From a virus: a DNA stretch of 64,000 bases. Below, one piece after another: positions 25,991 through 34,860 of the stretch; positions within the stretch are counted from its first letter, which is position 1; each line of letters begins with the position of its first letter. Position numbers and translations under genes: made by a program. The notes beneath the pieces are model-generated. The model did not search any database, was not told the origin of the DNA, and worked only from the letters and a program-made list of their open reading frames with translations. The stretch lies in the IMG/VR virus record IMGVR_UViG_3300045988_083782, one strand, 5' to 3'.

Positions 25991-26043
25991 ATATGCTACT
26001 GCTATAAAAATAACAGTAGCTAAATTAATTTTTTTGTCTTGAC

Positions 26044-26661
26044 TTACTTTTCAAACCACTCTTTAGCAGCATGATCTATACTGTAATATTTGTCCAGTGT
26101 ATATATAATCATACAGTCATCCCAAAATTTACTAGGAACTTTGGATATTATCTTAGCAAAGATAGTCTCGCAGTCTTTTAATGTAAATAGACGGTTAATA
26201 TTTTTTCCACGTATATTAACATTGATACTTTGCATAAAAAGATTTGAGAATCTACAGGTATTCTGCATAATATTATATATATCCGCTTCAGTAATACCTG
26301 TCCATATAGGTAAACGGATGTATAGATGGTATTTTCCCATACTACTTGAATTCTTTATGTAACGATAAGCTGTATTAGTAATATAATTTTCCAAATCAGC
26401 CTCTGTTTTAGCTGCTAGCTTTGACATAAATTCATATGCCTTTGTTCTGCCAGAGTTGTAAGTATTAGAGTCAAGTACAGTTTGTTGATGTAACTCTTCT
26501 TCATATATTACACCATCTAACAATATCTCTATAGCCTGCTCAGGTGTCAAGATATTGTCTCTCGTCTGATTCTCGATCGCTTTAACCAGACTCTTAATGT
26601 GTTCCTTTGAAATACCTTGTTCTATAAGGCAATTCAATGCGTAATTTGTTATTCGTTTCAT
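26044..26661 (-). CDS. hypothetical protein (N-terminus related to 23521-23922)
   Basis: 205-aa ORF. MKRITNYALNCLIEQGIS parallels MDIITRYALEQLHKEGIT. Confidence 0.5.
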   Translation of the reverse strand: MKRITNYALNCLIEQGISKEHIKSLVKAIENQTRDNILTPEQAIEILLDGVIYEEELHQQTVLDSNTYNSGRTKAYEFMSKLAAKTEADLENYITNTAYRYIKNSSSMGKYHLYIRLPIWTGITEADIYNIMQNTCRFSNLFMQSINVNIRGKNINRLFTLKDCETIFAKIISKVPSKFWDDCMIIYTLDKYYSIDHAAKEWFEK

Positions 26662-26685
26662 ATTTTGATAATATTAAATTATAGG
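26662..26685 (-). promoter_or_regulatory. conserved start-proximal motif
   Basis: The sense strand reads CCTATAATTTAATATTATCAAAAT before the ATG. Confidence 0.4.
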
Positions 26686-26693
26686 CTTTCGCC

Positions 26694-26912
26694 TTACCTA
26701 AAGATAGCTTCAAATATACATTTGATTAGAGCGTATACTCCTAATAAAAAAGGAGCAGCACAAATAATTACTGCAAAGGTTTCCCATAGAAGCTCTAATA
26801 TCTCTTCTAGGATAGACTGTTTGTTGTCTTTGTTCTCTTCCATATCACTTTGAATTAAATTGTATTTTACATCTAAAACCTGAACACAAATACACGAGTT
26901 TTCATATATCAT
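26694..26912 (-). CDS. small C-terminally membrane-anchored protein
   Basis: 72-aa ORF. The real start may be the internal MEENKDNK at 26843. Confidence 0.35.
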   Translation of the reverse strand: MIYENSCICVQVLDVKYNLIQSDMEENKDNKQSILEEILELLWETFAVIICAAPFLLGVYALIKCIFEAIFR

Positions 26913-27682
26913 TGTGTTGATATAATAGTTAGATACCTAAAGAAATTTGACACTTATTGTTCAGTTAGTGTCAGACTGTCAAGCACCTCATTAAGCATAT
27001 CGAGGTAATAGCTTATTCCCATCTATACTTGCTTTGGTTAGTTGCTACTAAAGGATGCACTCACAGCGAACCTAACTGTGTCCTTACCATATGGTTTTAC
27101 TATTATAATCTATTAATGTGCATTTTACACCTAAAACTTAAAACTAAAGGAATTCTCTACTCTGGCATTATGACCCTAGGGATCAATGTTGTAGTAGCTA
27201 AGTATTTATGTGGATAGTCCACAACCTTTAGATTCACATAAGAAACTGGTGCCCTCAATGTCTTGGGAAGTTATTGAGTTTTTTAGAGTGAGATACACAT
27301 TAGGCAAAGCTCTCGAGTTTGTACGTGAGAGAGTACACAGATTTATAAAGGTCTTATATGCCCTTTTGACCTATAAATTCAATATAAGGCTTTGTAATTT
27401 CATCAAAAGCCTTTAGAAAACTTCCAGTATTTCACTATGACTGCATTTCACATAGTGTTACTTGAATCTCGCTCAAGTGCAAAGTTCTAATCTCGTAGAA
27501 CACAATATAGACTATTATTCTCTGGTCTATAAGCAGATAGTAACAAGCTCTTCGCTTCGGTGGTCTATGTTACCTAACCACGCTAAGACTTACATAGATT
27601 TTCACTATCGCTTAGTTTTCTATTAAATGATCATGATTATGAAAGTTTAGAGTATATACGCTTTCAACTTTTTAAATGATAC

Positions 27683-27886
27683 TTAATGTAAGAATTTCCA
27701 ATCCCAATTTGTATAAGGTTGAATATCAGCGTAATCATTTTCGTTATTACTTCCTGATACTAATGTATATACATATTCTGGACTGATTTCTTTCAATTCG
27801 GATATCACTTTTTCTCCTATTTGAAAGTTAGGAACTGTCATTATAGGAATGTAAGTAACTAATGATGTTGCTATTGATACTACCAT
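27683..27886 (-). CDS. hypothetical protein
   Basis: 67-aa ORF. Confidence 0.4.
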   Translation of the reverse strand: MVVSIATSLVTYIPIMTVPNFQIGEKVISELKEISPEYVYTLVSGSNNENDYADIQPYTNWDWKFLH

Positions 27887-28102
27887 GATTATATATGATT
27901 TAAATTAAATAAAATCAAATAAATTGGAATTGGAATACTCGTAGGTATCCAAAAAAGTGCTATGTCGACATATAGCTATTGTGAGGAACGTAGAGAACAA
28001 GAGCCATATATTGAGTTGTCAACATTTTTTGCGTTTGTCGATAATGTTAAAAGGTGTGGAGTGAAAGACAGTCTTACCCACTCACTCACACACCTAAATT
28101 TT

Positions 28103-28819
28103 TTAACGTCTACGATTGTTACCGCTTTGAGAATTGTTTTTGTTGCGCACGTTTGCTCTATCCGCAAATTCAGAACCGCCGTCGTTGTTATTGCCACGTT
28201 TACGGGCTTCTTTTTCGGCTTTCTCTTTTTCTTCTTCTAAATAATCGTCGTACGTTTGCCACACAGCAAAACCGAATTCGTCGTCAAACTTCGTGTTTTG
28301 TTTGTAGCGGTTACGAGCTTTTCGTACAGCATTTTCTACTGGTTCGTCGTCGTCGTTGCAAAGCAAAACAACTGTAACTTGGTCAAAAAGTTTAACTTTC
28401 CCGTCGTCGTCCAATATAACGTCGCCCGTTTGAAAATTACCGTCGTCGTCGTCTCGTGTATAGCGCATAATGTACTCAGAGCCGGAAATATCACTAACCG
28501 GTACATTTTCCTTACACAAGTGAATCATTGGATAATCACGTTCGTTTTCTTCTTTGTCCTCGTTTTCTTCGACGATTTCGCGAAACATTTCGACAAGTTC
28601 CTCGTTTTCAGGAAATAATACCGTATGAAAAACGTTCGGAAACATAGATTTATTTAACACATTAGCATTAAATATCCTACGTCCTTTAGCGTCTTTCTTT
28701 ACAAGTTCTTTTTTTTCTGAACTGCTTGCGGTTTCTTCAACGGCTTTAATATAAACCGCTTGCGAAACACTGGAATTTTGCAAATCTACCATCCTTGCGT
28801 CTACGATTCTTGTTAACAT
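28103..28819 (-). CDS. acidic hypothetical protein with atypical CG-rich composition
   Basis: 238-aa ORF with runs of CGTCGTCG (Asp-rich) and a basic RGNNNDGG...NNRRR tail. Confidence 0.55.
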   Translation of the reverse strand: MLTRIVDARMVDLQNSSVSQAVYIKAVEETASSSEKKELVKKDAKGRRIFNANVLNKSMFPNVFHTVLFPENEELVEMFREIVEENEDKEENERDYPMIHLCKENVPVSDISGSEYIMRYTRDDDDGNFQTGDVILDDDGKVKLFDQVTVVLLCNDDDEPVENAVRKARNRYKQNTKFDDEFGFAVWQTYDDYLEEEKEKAEKEARKRGNNNDGGSEFADRANVRNKNNSQSGNNRRR

Positions 28820-28950
28820 AGCTTTGAAAGGGAAGAATTTTTACCCTCTGTTTAGATACCTACGGATGTTCCTCCCATTACTATATCCCGGGGAGTGATT
28901 TATGTGCAGGTCTCCCCACACACAAAATAACTCGTAAAAATTTTTTTATA

Positions 28951-29217
28951 TTAGAAAAATCCATAATCTACTACTCCAAAAGGTAAATAGTCACAAGGAA
29001 CAAAATATAGTGTCACATCAAAATCATTGAGTTTATAAGTAAAGGAACTAACTCCTAATTTAGGATTACTCAATAACGCTTTTATAAGTGCACTATCAGC
29101 ATAACAGTATATCATCCTTGGTAATTCTAAATTTTGCTCTGCTTTTTCATGTAATTTATTAGTTATGTCATCTACTACTGTACTAAGTAATTCTTTACCT
29201 TTAATTAATTTTATCAT
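28951..29217 (-). CDS. hypothetical protein (first gene of the minus-strand arm)
   Basis: 88-aa ORF. Confidence 0.45.
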   Translation of the reverse strand: MIKLIKGKELLSTVVDDITNKLHEKAEQNLELPRMIYCYADSALIKALLSNPKLGVSSFTYKLNDFDVTLYFVPCDYLPFGVVDYGFF

Positions 29218-29476
29218 ATCAATCTTGGTTGGTTACACATATAAAACGTAGTAAAGTAGATGGTATATCTACACATTAACAAGCATTAACTATTATATAA
29301 AAGGCAATAAGTAAATAGTTAAAAACTGTTAATTATAGTACAAGTTAGTACAACCTAAGTAAGAACTTATACGTTTATAGGGGAGTAAGAGGGGTTAGTA
29401 ATTACATAGTATATACATACTAATTAACTAATAATCTACTCTTACTTTACTAATTACTTTATAATAATTATATACT
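29218..29476. promoter_or_regulatory. divergent strand-switch region
   Basis: 259-nt AT-rich spacer between the first minus-strand and first plus-strand genes. Confidence 0.5.
29437..29452 (+). promoter_or_regulatory. 16-nt motif TACTCTTACTTTACTA (copy 1)
   Basis: An identical 16-mer occurs at 60840-60855. Both copies lie 25-46 nt upstream of a plus-strand ATG that follows a gap. Confidence 0.4.
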
Positions 29477-29698
29477 ATGGCAAATAAGATATTAAATACT
29501 AGTAAGAGACGACCAATTGCATATCCGGGTAAATATGTAGATGTAAATGGTAAAGACTTTTTCTTAGCAATGGAGACAGATCAAAGTAGCTGTAAAGGGT
29601 GTGCTTTCCTGAATACAGGATGTGATGCAAATAGAACTGCTTACTGTACTCAGGGTTATATTTTCAAAGAAGTAATTTTAGATTTAAATAAAAAGTAA
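29477..29698 (+). CDS. small Cys-rich protein, paralogue of 29698-29910
   Basis: 73-aa ORF with CKGCAF...GC...YC. Confidence 0.5.
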   Translation: MANKILNTSKRRPIAYPGKYVDVNGKDFFLAMETDQSSCKGCAFLNTGCDANRTAYCTQGYIFKEVILDLNKK

Positions 29699-29910
29699 TG
29701 TACATATACGATAAAGAGTTAGCTGAGATTATTAAGAATAATATACCAGTTGAGATAAATAGTAAACAGTACTTAATTGAAGCTAATAAGTCTGGTAGTT
29801 GTGATGGCTGTGCATTTGGTGATCTAACAAAGTGTCCTTCTAGAGCTGTGCATTTTTGTTGCTCAAATGGTGGCAATATCCTTAAAGAAGTGAAACATAC
29901 TAAGAAATAA
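29698..29910 (+). CDS. small Cys-rich protein, paralogue of 29477-29698
   Basis: 70-aa ORF with CDGCAF...C...FCC. Confidence 0.5.
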   Translation: MYIYDKELAEIIKNNIPVEINSKQYLIEANKSGSCDGCAFGDLTKCPSRAVHFCCSNGGNILKEVKHTKK

Positions 29911-29925
29911 TACGTTTATAATTAC

Positions 29926-30291
29926 ATGGAAGATAAAATACTAGAAACAGTTGTAAACAACTTGGAATATACATTTGAGAAAGATGTATTAGTTAAGCCT
30001 TTAGAACCAGTAATGGTTAAGAAAGATATCACTACACAGATTCCAACAGGTGAGAAAGATGAAGATGGATTTGAGAAGTATGAAACTAAGACAGAGACTA
30101 AAGATGTTGAATCTGAATTCTTAAAGGGTGTGGTACTTGCGTTACCTACTTGTCTAACTACTCCTGAAGAGTCTACATATAAGGTTGGAAGTACTATAGT
30201 ATATAACAAGAAGTTTGCAAAAGACTTTGATTTATATAAGAATAGTCAGTTGGTTAAACCTTACGACGTGATTGCCGTAGTTAATAAATAA
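29926..30291 (+). CDS. hypothetical protein
   Basis: 121-aa ORF. Confidence 0.5.
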   Translation: MEDKILETVVNNLEYTFEKDVLVKPLEPVMVKKDITTQIPTGEKDEDGFEKYETKTETKDVESEFLKGVVLALPTCLTTPEESTYKVGSTIVYNKKFAKDFDLYKNSQLVKPYDVIAVVNK

Positions 30292-30340
30292 TGACACAAA
30301 ATTAAATTGTGTTTTTCATAAAATAAAAATTAATTATTTA

Positions 30341-30370
30341 AAGGTAGCTTTCAAGGCTACCTTTTATTTT
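30341..30370 (+). terminator. rho-independent terminator
   Basis: AAGGTAGC-TTTCAAG-GCTACCTT forms an 8-bp stem followed by TTATTTT. Confidence 0.7.
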
Positions 30371-30443
30371 ATCTATACTTTAAATGTTAAAATGTGTTAA
30401 CTAAAATTAACATCATTGTTACACCTCCGTTTTATAGTCAGTT

Positions 30444-30521
30444 ATGGAAGACATACTAGTAGTACTGTTATGTGCTCTTATGATCACACTAGCAGTCAAA
30501 GGTTTAAATAAAAAAGATTAA
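30444..30521 (+). CDS. possible 25-aa hydrophobic peptide
   Basis: Reads MEDILVVLLCALMITLAVKGLNKKD. Confidence 0.3.
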   Translation: MEDILVVLLCALMITLAVKGLNKKD

Positions 30522-30525
30522 TAAT

Positions 30526-30903
30526 ATGAATAGTTATAAAGTAATTAAATCATTTGCAGCAGCGCGTAAAGGTGATATGCTTGAGCCTAATGAAAAAGGT
30601 TTGTTGGTTCTTAATGTTCAGGATAAATTCAGTAGTAGATTTGTTGCTGTAGATGAAGATACCGCAAATGAATTGGTTGAGAAAGGTTACTTGCTTGAAA
30701 TGAAATCATCTAACAATGATACTAGACTTGAAGCTATCAAAGATTTCTGTGATACAATGCTTCAGAAATATGATAGTGATTTAGATGAAGTATTGAGTAA
30801 GTATAATGAAGGTCTTATCCCTACTTGTGTTAAAGTAGAAGCAGAGACTGTTTATTATAATATGACCAAATTGCTTGATAAAATTAAGGAATTAGCAAAA
30901 TGA
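30526..30903 (+). CDS. hypothetical protein
   Basis: 125-aa ORF. Confidence 0.5.
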   Translation: MNSYKVIKSFAAARKGDMLEPNEKGLLVLNVQDKFSSRFVAVDEDTANELVEKGYLLEMKSSNNDTRLEAIKDFCDTMLQKYDSDLDEVLSKYNEGLIPTCVKVEAETVYYNMTKLLDKIKELAK

Positions 30904-31277
30904 ATAAACTGGTAAAGCAAGTCAATAAGACTGACCTTTACAAAGAATTCCTTACTTCTCTAAATGGAGTATTGCAACTTACTGACAGGGAGCTAGAACT
31001 TATGACTACTTTGGTCGAGCTAGACGTTAATTACGAAAAGCTCCCTGGTCATAGTAAGAATGTAATTAATACAGAGAATAGAAAATATATCAGACAAAAA
31101 CTTGGAATTACTCCAGACAATTTAAGTCGATATATAGGGAGATTCAAAGAAAAAGGTCTGTTAGTGCAAGGAAAAGTGGAGGATGAAATTACTGTTAATA
31201 AGGCAATTATACCCGAAATAATTGGTGATAGAGTTCAAATCACTTTAATATTAAGATTGAAAAATGAAACAAATTGA
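30900..31277 (+). CDS. putative winged-helix DNA-binding protein
   Basis: 125-aa ORF with an HTH-like segment ITPDNLSRYIGRFKEKGLL. Confidence 0.4.
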   Translation: MNKLVKQVNKTDLYKEFLTSLNGVLQLTDRELELMTTLVELDVNYEKLPGHSKNVINTENRKYIRQKLGITPDNLSRYIGRFKEKGLLVQGKVEDEITVNKAIIPEIIGDRVQITLILRLKNETN

Positions 31278-31665
31278 AGTTAAACCAGGAACTATATTCT
31301 TAGGTAAAGAATATAAATGGTATGAAAAGATTTGGTCATTTATTACTAGAAAAAAGTTAGATTATAATAAGTTTTACGTATTCGACGAAACAATGTCAAT
31401 GATTGGTAATCCAAGAACATCTCGCCTAGTACTGTTAGAACCGAAGAAGAAATACTCTAACAAAGAAGTAACCAAATTACGGTTACTTAACCGTCTAGGT
31501 TGGATAGACAGAGCTGAAGATGTTTTAGCTACTATTAATACTATCAGACCAAATACAGTAGATGGCAATAAAGGATTAAATCAATTACTTACTAATAGAT
31601 TCTACAATATTAGACATCTTTCTGATGAAAAAGAATACATAGAATATATACCAGCAACTAAGTAA
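31264..31665 (+). CDS. hypothetical protein
   Basis: 133-aa ORF. Confidence 0.5.
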   Translation: MKQIEVKPGTIFLGKEYKWYEKIWSFITRKKLDYNKFYVFDETMSMIGNPRTSRLVLLEPKKKYSNKEVTKLRLLNRLGWIDRAEDVLATINTIRPNTVDGNKGLNQLLTNRFYNIRHLSDEKEYIEYIPATK

Positions 31666-31874
31666 GAAATATAACCTACCACATCAAGTAATAGAAGTAA
31701 TATGTAATCATCCTTTTATGTTTGCTAATAAGGTAATCTCAGATGAAGAAGATACTAGAACACTGATGTTCTCTTACTTAGGTAAGATAAAGATTAAGAA
31801 GAAGTATGAAGACGATAAGAAGAGTGAAAGTAAAAGACCTAAATTAGGATCTGCGGACACAGCTAGTTGAGTTA

Positions 31875-32072
31875 ATGGTCTATTACAAAATGTCTTATCC
31901 TATAGGCTTACATAAAGAATGTGAGATACAATTAGATGATAAAAGTAATAGGATAATTACTCCTGATGAAGAATACCATCTTGATGATTACACTTACTGT
32001 TACTTATATATGTTAAGTAATGAAGTAATAGCAAATATATATAGAAGATTAAATGAAGAAAACGAAGGCTAA
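31875..32072 (+). CDS. hypothetical protein
   Basis: 65-aa ORF. Confidence 0.4.
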   Translation: MVYYKMSYPIGLHKECEIQLDDKSNRIITPDEEYHLDDYTYCYLYMLSNEVIANIYRRLNEENEG

Positions 32073-32517
32073 AATAGTTGCATACGATCCTGAGATATAT
32101 CCGGTGTATTTATATGTTGGTACAGTAGAATGTTTGAATGAAGCTAATAAGTTGTTTGATGGTTATGATACAATGCAAGATGCTTCAAATGATCAAAATT
32201 CAGGAGATATCGTAGTATCAAATGATAATGTAGATGGCATAACAGTATGTGTTAGAGAAAAGAAAACAGGAGCAGTTGGCTTACTTGTTTTGATTAATAC
32301 TAAATTAGCTGAGAACACGGTATCTGAAGTAGTTCCCCATGAATCAGTTCATGTCGCAGACGGTATATTCGATTACTTGGGAATAGTTAAAAGTAATTAT
32401 GAAGCAGGTAATGAACATTATGCTTACTTAGTTGGTTGGGTTGCAGGAAGAATTAGTAATTACTTAATTAATTACACAAATAAAGAAAATAATAATGGAA
32501 CAGACAATGAAATTTGA
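32053..32517 (+). CDS. hypothetical protein with HExxH-like motif
   Basis: 154-aa ORF with VVPHESVHVADG. Confidence 0.4.
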   Translation: MKKTKAKIVAYDPEIYPVYLYVGTVECLNEANKLFDGYDTMQDASNDQNSGDIVVSNDNVDGITVCVREKKTGAVGLLVLINTKLAENTVSEVVPHESVHVADGIFDYLGIVKSNYEAGNEHYAYLVGWVAGRISNYLINYTNKENNNGTDNEI

Positions 32518-33151
32518 AGAACCAGTATTGAAATTTAAGAAACTTAATTATGTTGAAGGAGTGGATGAAAATAATACTCCAATTATCAAAGAATCTAACG
32601 GTGTATTACCTGTTAAAGCTCACGCAACAGATGCAGGCTATGATCTTACGGCTACTAGGTTAACACAGGAGTTAGACGAAGCTAACAAAGTAATTCTAGT
32701 ATATCATACTGATGTTGCAGTAGAGATCCCTAGAGGATATGTAGGTCTACTTATGATGCGTAGTTCTGTAGCAAAGAGATCAATGATGCTGACTAATTGT
32801 GTTGGTGTAATTGATGAAGGATACAGAGGTGAACTGATGATGAAGTTTAAACTTACTACTGATGCATTGCCTAGAGTATACCAGATTGGTGAGAAGATTG
32901 GTCAGCTTGTAATAGTACCTTGTTTCCATGGAGAACCAGTATTTGTAGATGAACTAAGTAATACAGATAGAGGTGAAGGTGGCTACGGTAGCACTGGAAA
33001 CACAGTAGAAGATAAAGGTACAGATTTGATTTTAGAACCAGAAAAACTGCAACACAATGAACATAACACAGGAGAGTCTACAACAGGAGATAATGTATTA
33101 TCAGCAGATAATTCAGAAGTATCGAATGAATCCGGAGTATGTGAATCCTAA
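32495..33151 (+). CDS. dut: dUTP diphosphatase with C-terminal extension
   Basis: 218-aa ORF with dUTPase motifs AGYDL, GVIDEGYRGEL and DRGEGGYGSTG. Confidence 0.8.
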   Translation: MEQTMKFEEPVLKFKKLNYVEGVDENNTPIIKESNGVLPVKAHATDAGYDLTATRLTQELDEANKVILVYHTDVAVEIPRGYVGLLMMRSSVAKRSMMLTNCVGVIDEGYRGELMMKFKLTTDALPRVYQIGEKIGQLVIVPCFHGEPVFVDELSNTDRGEGGYGSTGNTVEDKGTDLILEPEKLQHNEHNTGESTTGDNVLSADNSEVSNESGVCES

Positions 33152-33223
33152 CTGCTCTTTAGATAATGCAATTGAACTAGTAGATAGACTTACTAGAGAG
33201 TTTTATTTAAATACTAGGAAGAT

Positions 33224-33316
33224 ATGATAATCATAACAGAAAGCATGATGTATTTATGGATTGCTATGATAATAGGTTGTGGATTATTCTACTTATGTAA
33301 TAAAATACTAAAATAA
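33224..33316 (+). CDS. possible 30-aa transmembrane peptide
   Basis: Reads MIIITESMMYLWIAMIIGCGLFYLCNKILK. Confidence 0.3.
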   Translation: MIIITESMMYLWIAMIIGCGLFYLCNKILK

Positions 33317-33321
33317 ACAAT

Positions 33322-33639
33322 ATGAAAAATATAATTGACGGTAAATTAAAAGTATGTATTACTGGTGACAATATGGAAAACATACAGGTAAGAGAACTAG
33401 AGAAAAAGTGCGGTTTCTATATTGATGAAACATACATTGCTGAAGAAGACGGAGAAGTACTTATCGATGGAGAACTAGTTCCGTTTAAAGCAGGTGATAT
33501 ACTAGCAATATATGGTACATGGGTTAGAGGTAACAGCGATAGATTAGAGTATCAAACAGTTGTTATTCCTAGTACAGATCAGTTAGCTATTTCGTTAAAA
33601 AAGACTATAAAAAAGACTGTTAATGAAGCTGCTTCATGA
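33322..33639 (+). CDS. hypothetical protein
   Basis: 105-aa ORF. Confidence 0.5.
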   Translation: MKNIIDGKLKVCITGDNMENIQVRELEKKCGFYIDETYIAEEDGEVLIDGELVPFKAGDILAIYGTWVRGNSDRLEYQTVVIPSTDQLAISLKKTIKKTVNEAAS

Positions 33640-33696
33640 AGAAAATCCACCAATTGAAGAGGATTTTAACCCCTGAAGTGATAAAGATAGAGCCGT

Positions 33697-34224
33697 ATGA
33701 AGCTATTTGACATACTTGGAGGTAAAGTAGTAATACATTCAGATGCTTTAGGTATCCCATGCTTTAAAAAGGTGTGGGATGCTGACAAACCTGATAAAGA
33801 GCATGCTACTAATATAATCAGTTACATTGTATTAAAGAATAAATGGGATAGTCCATATGTACTTAGTTCTGATAAAGAGAATATTGAACCAAGGCTTAAG
33901 AAACAACTACTAGGTGATGCTAATTATAAGCTGACTACAGATGAAATACAATGTGAAAAAGAATTCATAGGATTTCAAAATACTAATACTTTACAGATGC
34001 TAACTAATATGCGTTTGAAGTTAGATAGTATTAGTAAGTACTATAGAGATTCACTAGATGAAATACTAGACGAGAAGAAGATTAAAGATATTCTAGCTGG
34101 TATGACAAGCGTAGGTAATGTCTATAAATCATTAGACTTACTTGAGAAAGCAGTTAAGAGTGAAGAGTTATCTAGTACTAAAGTAAAAGGTAATGCTGAG
34201 ATTAATCCTTATGAATTAAATTAA
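33697..34224 (+). CDS. hypothetical protein
   Basis: 175-aa ORF. Confidence 0.5.
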   Translation: MKLFDILGGKVVIHSDALGIPCFKKVWDADKPDKEHATNIISYIVLKNKWDSPYVLSSDKENIEPRLKKQLLGDANYKLTTDEIQCEKEFIGFQNTNTLQMLTNMRLKLDSISKYYRDSLDEILDEKKIKDILAGMTSVGNVYKSLDLLEKAVKSEELSSTKVKGNAEINPYELN

Positions 34225-34245
34225 TTTGTTTAAAAAAAACATTAC

Positions 34246-34464
34246 ATGGAAACTAGTATAAAGTTAAGCGTTTTATTGAGTATTAACACTGAAAATAATA
34301 TGAAGAACAATTTTACAATGCCAGATGTAGTTCTGGATCTTACAGACGAGAATAAAGATATTTTTGAAGCTATTGCAGAATGTGAAGCTAAACGCCAAGA
34401 TCTATTGCATTCTCCGTGGTATAAGAGAATCTTTAAACCTGTAAAACGTAGTTTGAAGAAATAA
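34246..34464 (+). CDS. hypothetical protein
   Basis: 72-aa ORF. Confidence 0.4.
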   Translation: METSIKLSVLLSINTENNMKNNFTMPDVVLDLTDENKDIFEAIAECEAKRQDLLHSPWYKRIFKPVKRSLKK

Positions 34465-34528
34465 CTATTCAATAGTAAAGTTATGACTAGACATAGCTTG
34501 AGTGTCTTAAAAGAAGTCAAGCATACAT

Positions 34529-34603
34529 TCTCCTATGGTGTAATGGTTAGCACAGGAGGCTCTAACCCTCTTAGTCTGAGTTCGAATCTTAGTGGGAGTA
34601 CCA
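34529..34603 (+). tRNA. suppressor tRNA, Gln-type body, anticodon CUA (reads UAG)
   Basis: Hand-folded cloverleaf of 75 nt. The acceptor is TCTCCTA/TGGGAGT (6 pairs, U1-U72 mismatch). The D-arm is GTGT-AATGGTTA-GCAC. The anticodon arm is GGAGG-CTCTAAC-CCTCT with CTA at positions 34-36. The T-arm is CTGAG-TTCGAAT-CTTAG, and A73 and CCA are encoded. ATGGTGTAATGGTTAGCAC is typical of tRNA-Gln. Confidence 0.8.
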
Positions 34604-34739
34604 ATAAATATTGAAGATGAGCGCGCATCAACGTAACCACCTAAGTCACTTACTATTTGATCCAATAGTAAACACAGCTAATGATGGTCCTAATCGTAAG
34701 TAGGCACTTTTATAGAGTTAAGTGGTATAACTCTATTAT

Positions 34740-34812
34740 GGCGGGATGTAGCAGTTGGTAGCTAGTCAGGCTCATAACCTGAAGGTCGTTGGTTCGAGTC
34801 CAACTCCCGCAA
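34740..34812 (+). tRNA. initiator-type tRNA-Met (anticodon CAU)
   Basis: The 73-nt cloverleaf closely parallels bacterial tRNA-fMet. It has a 1-72 mismatch (G-A), an A11-U24 pair in the D-stem TAGC/GCTA, the loop CTCATAA, AGGTC in the variable loop and the 3' strand TCCCGCA-A. Confidence 0.75.
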
Positions 34813-34817
34813 CATTT

Positions 34818-34841
34818 AGGGAGGTTAAATACCTCCCTTTT
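34818..34841 (+). terminator. rho-independent terminator after the tRNA pair
   Basis: AGGGAGGT-TAAAT-ACCTCCCT followed by TTT. Confidence 0.65.
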
Positions 34842-34860
34842 CAATTCGGAAAAGAAGATA

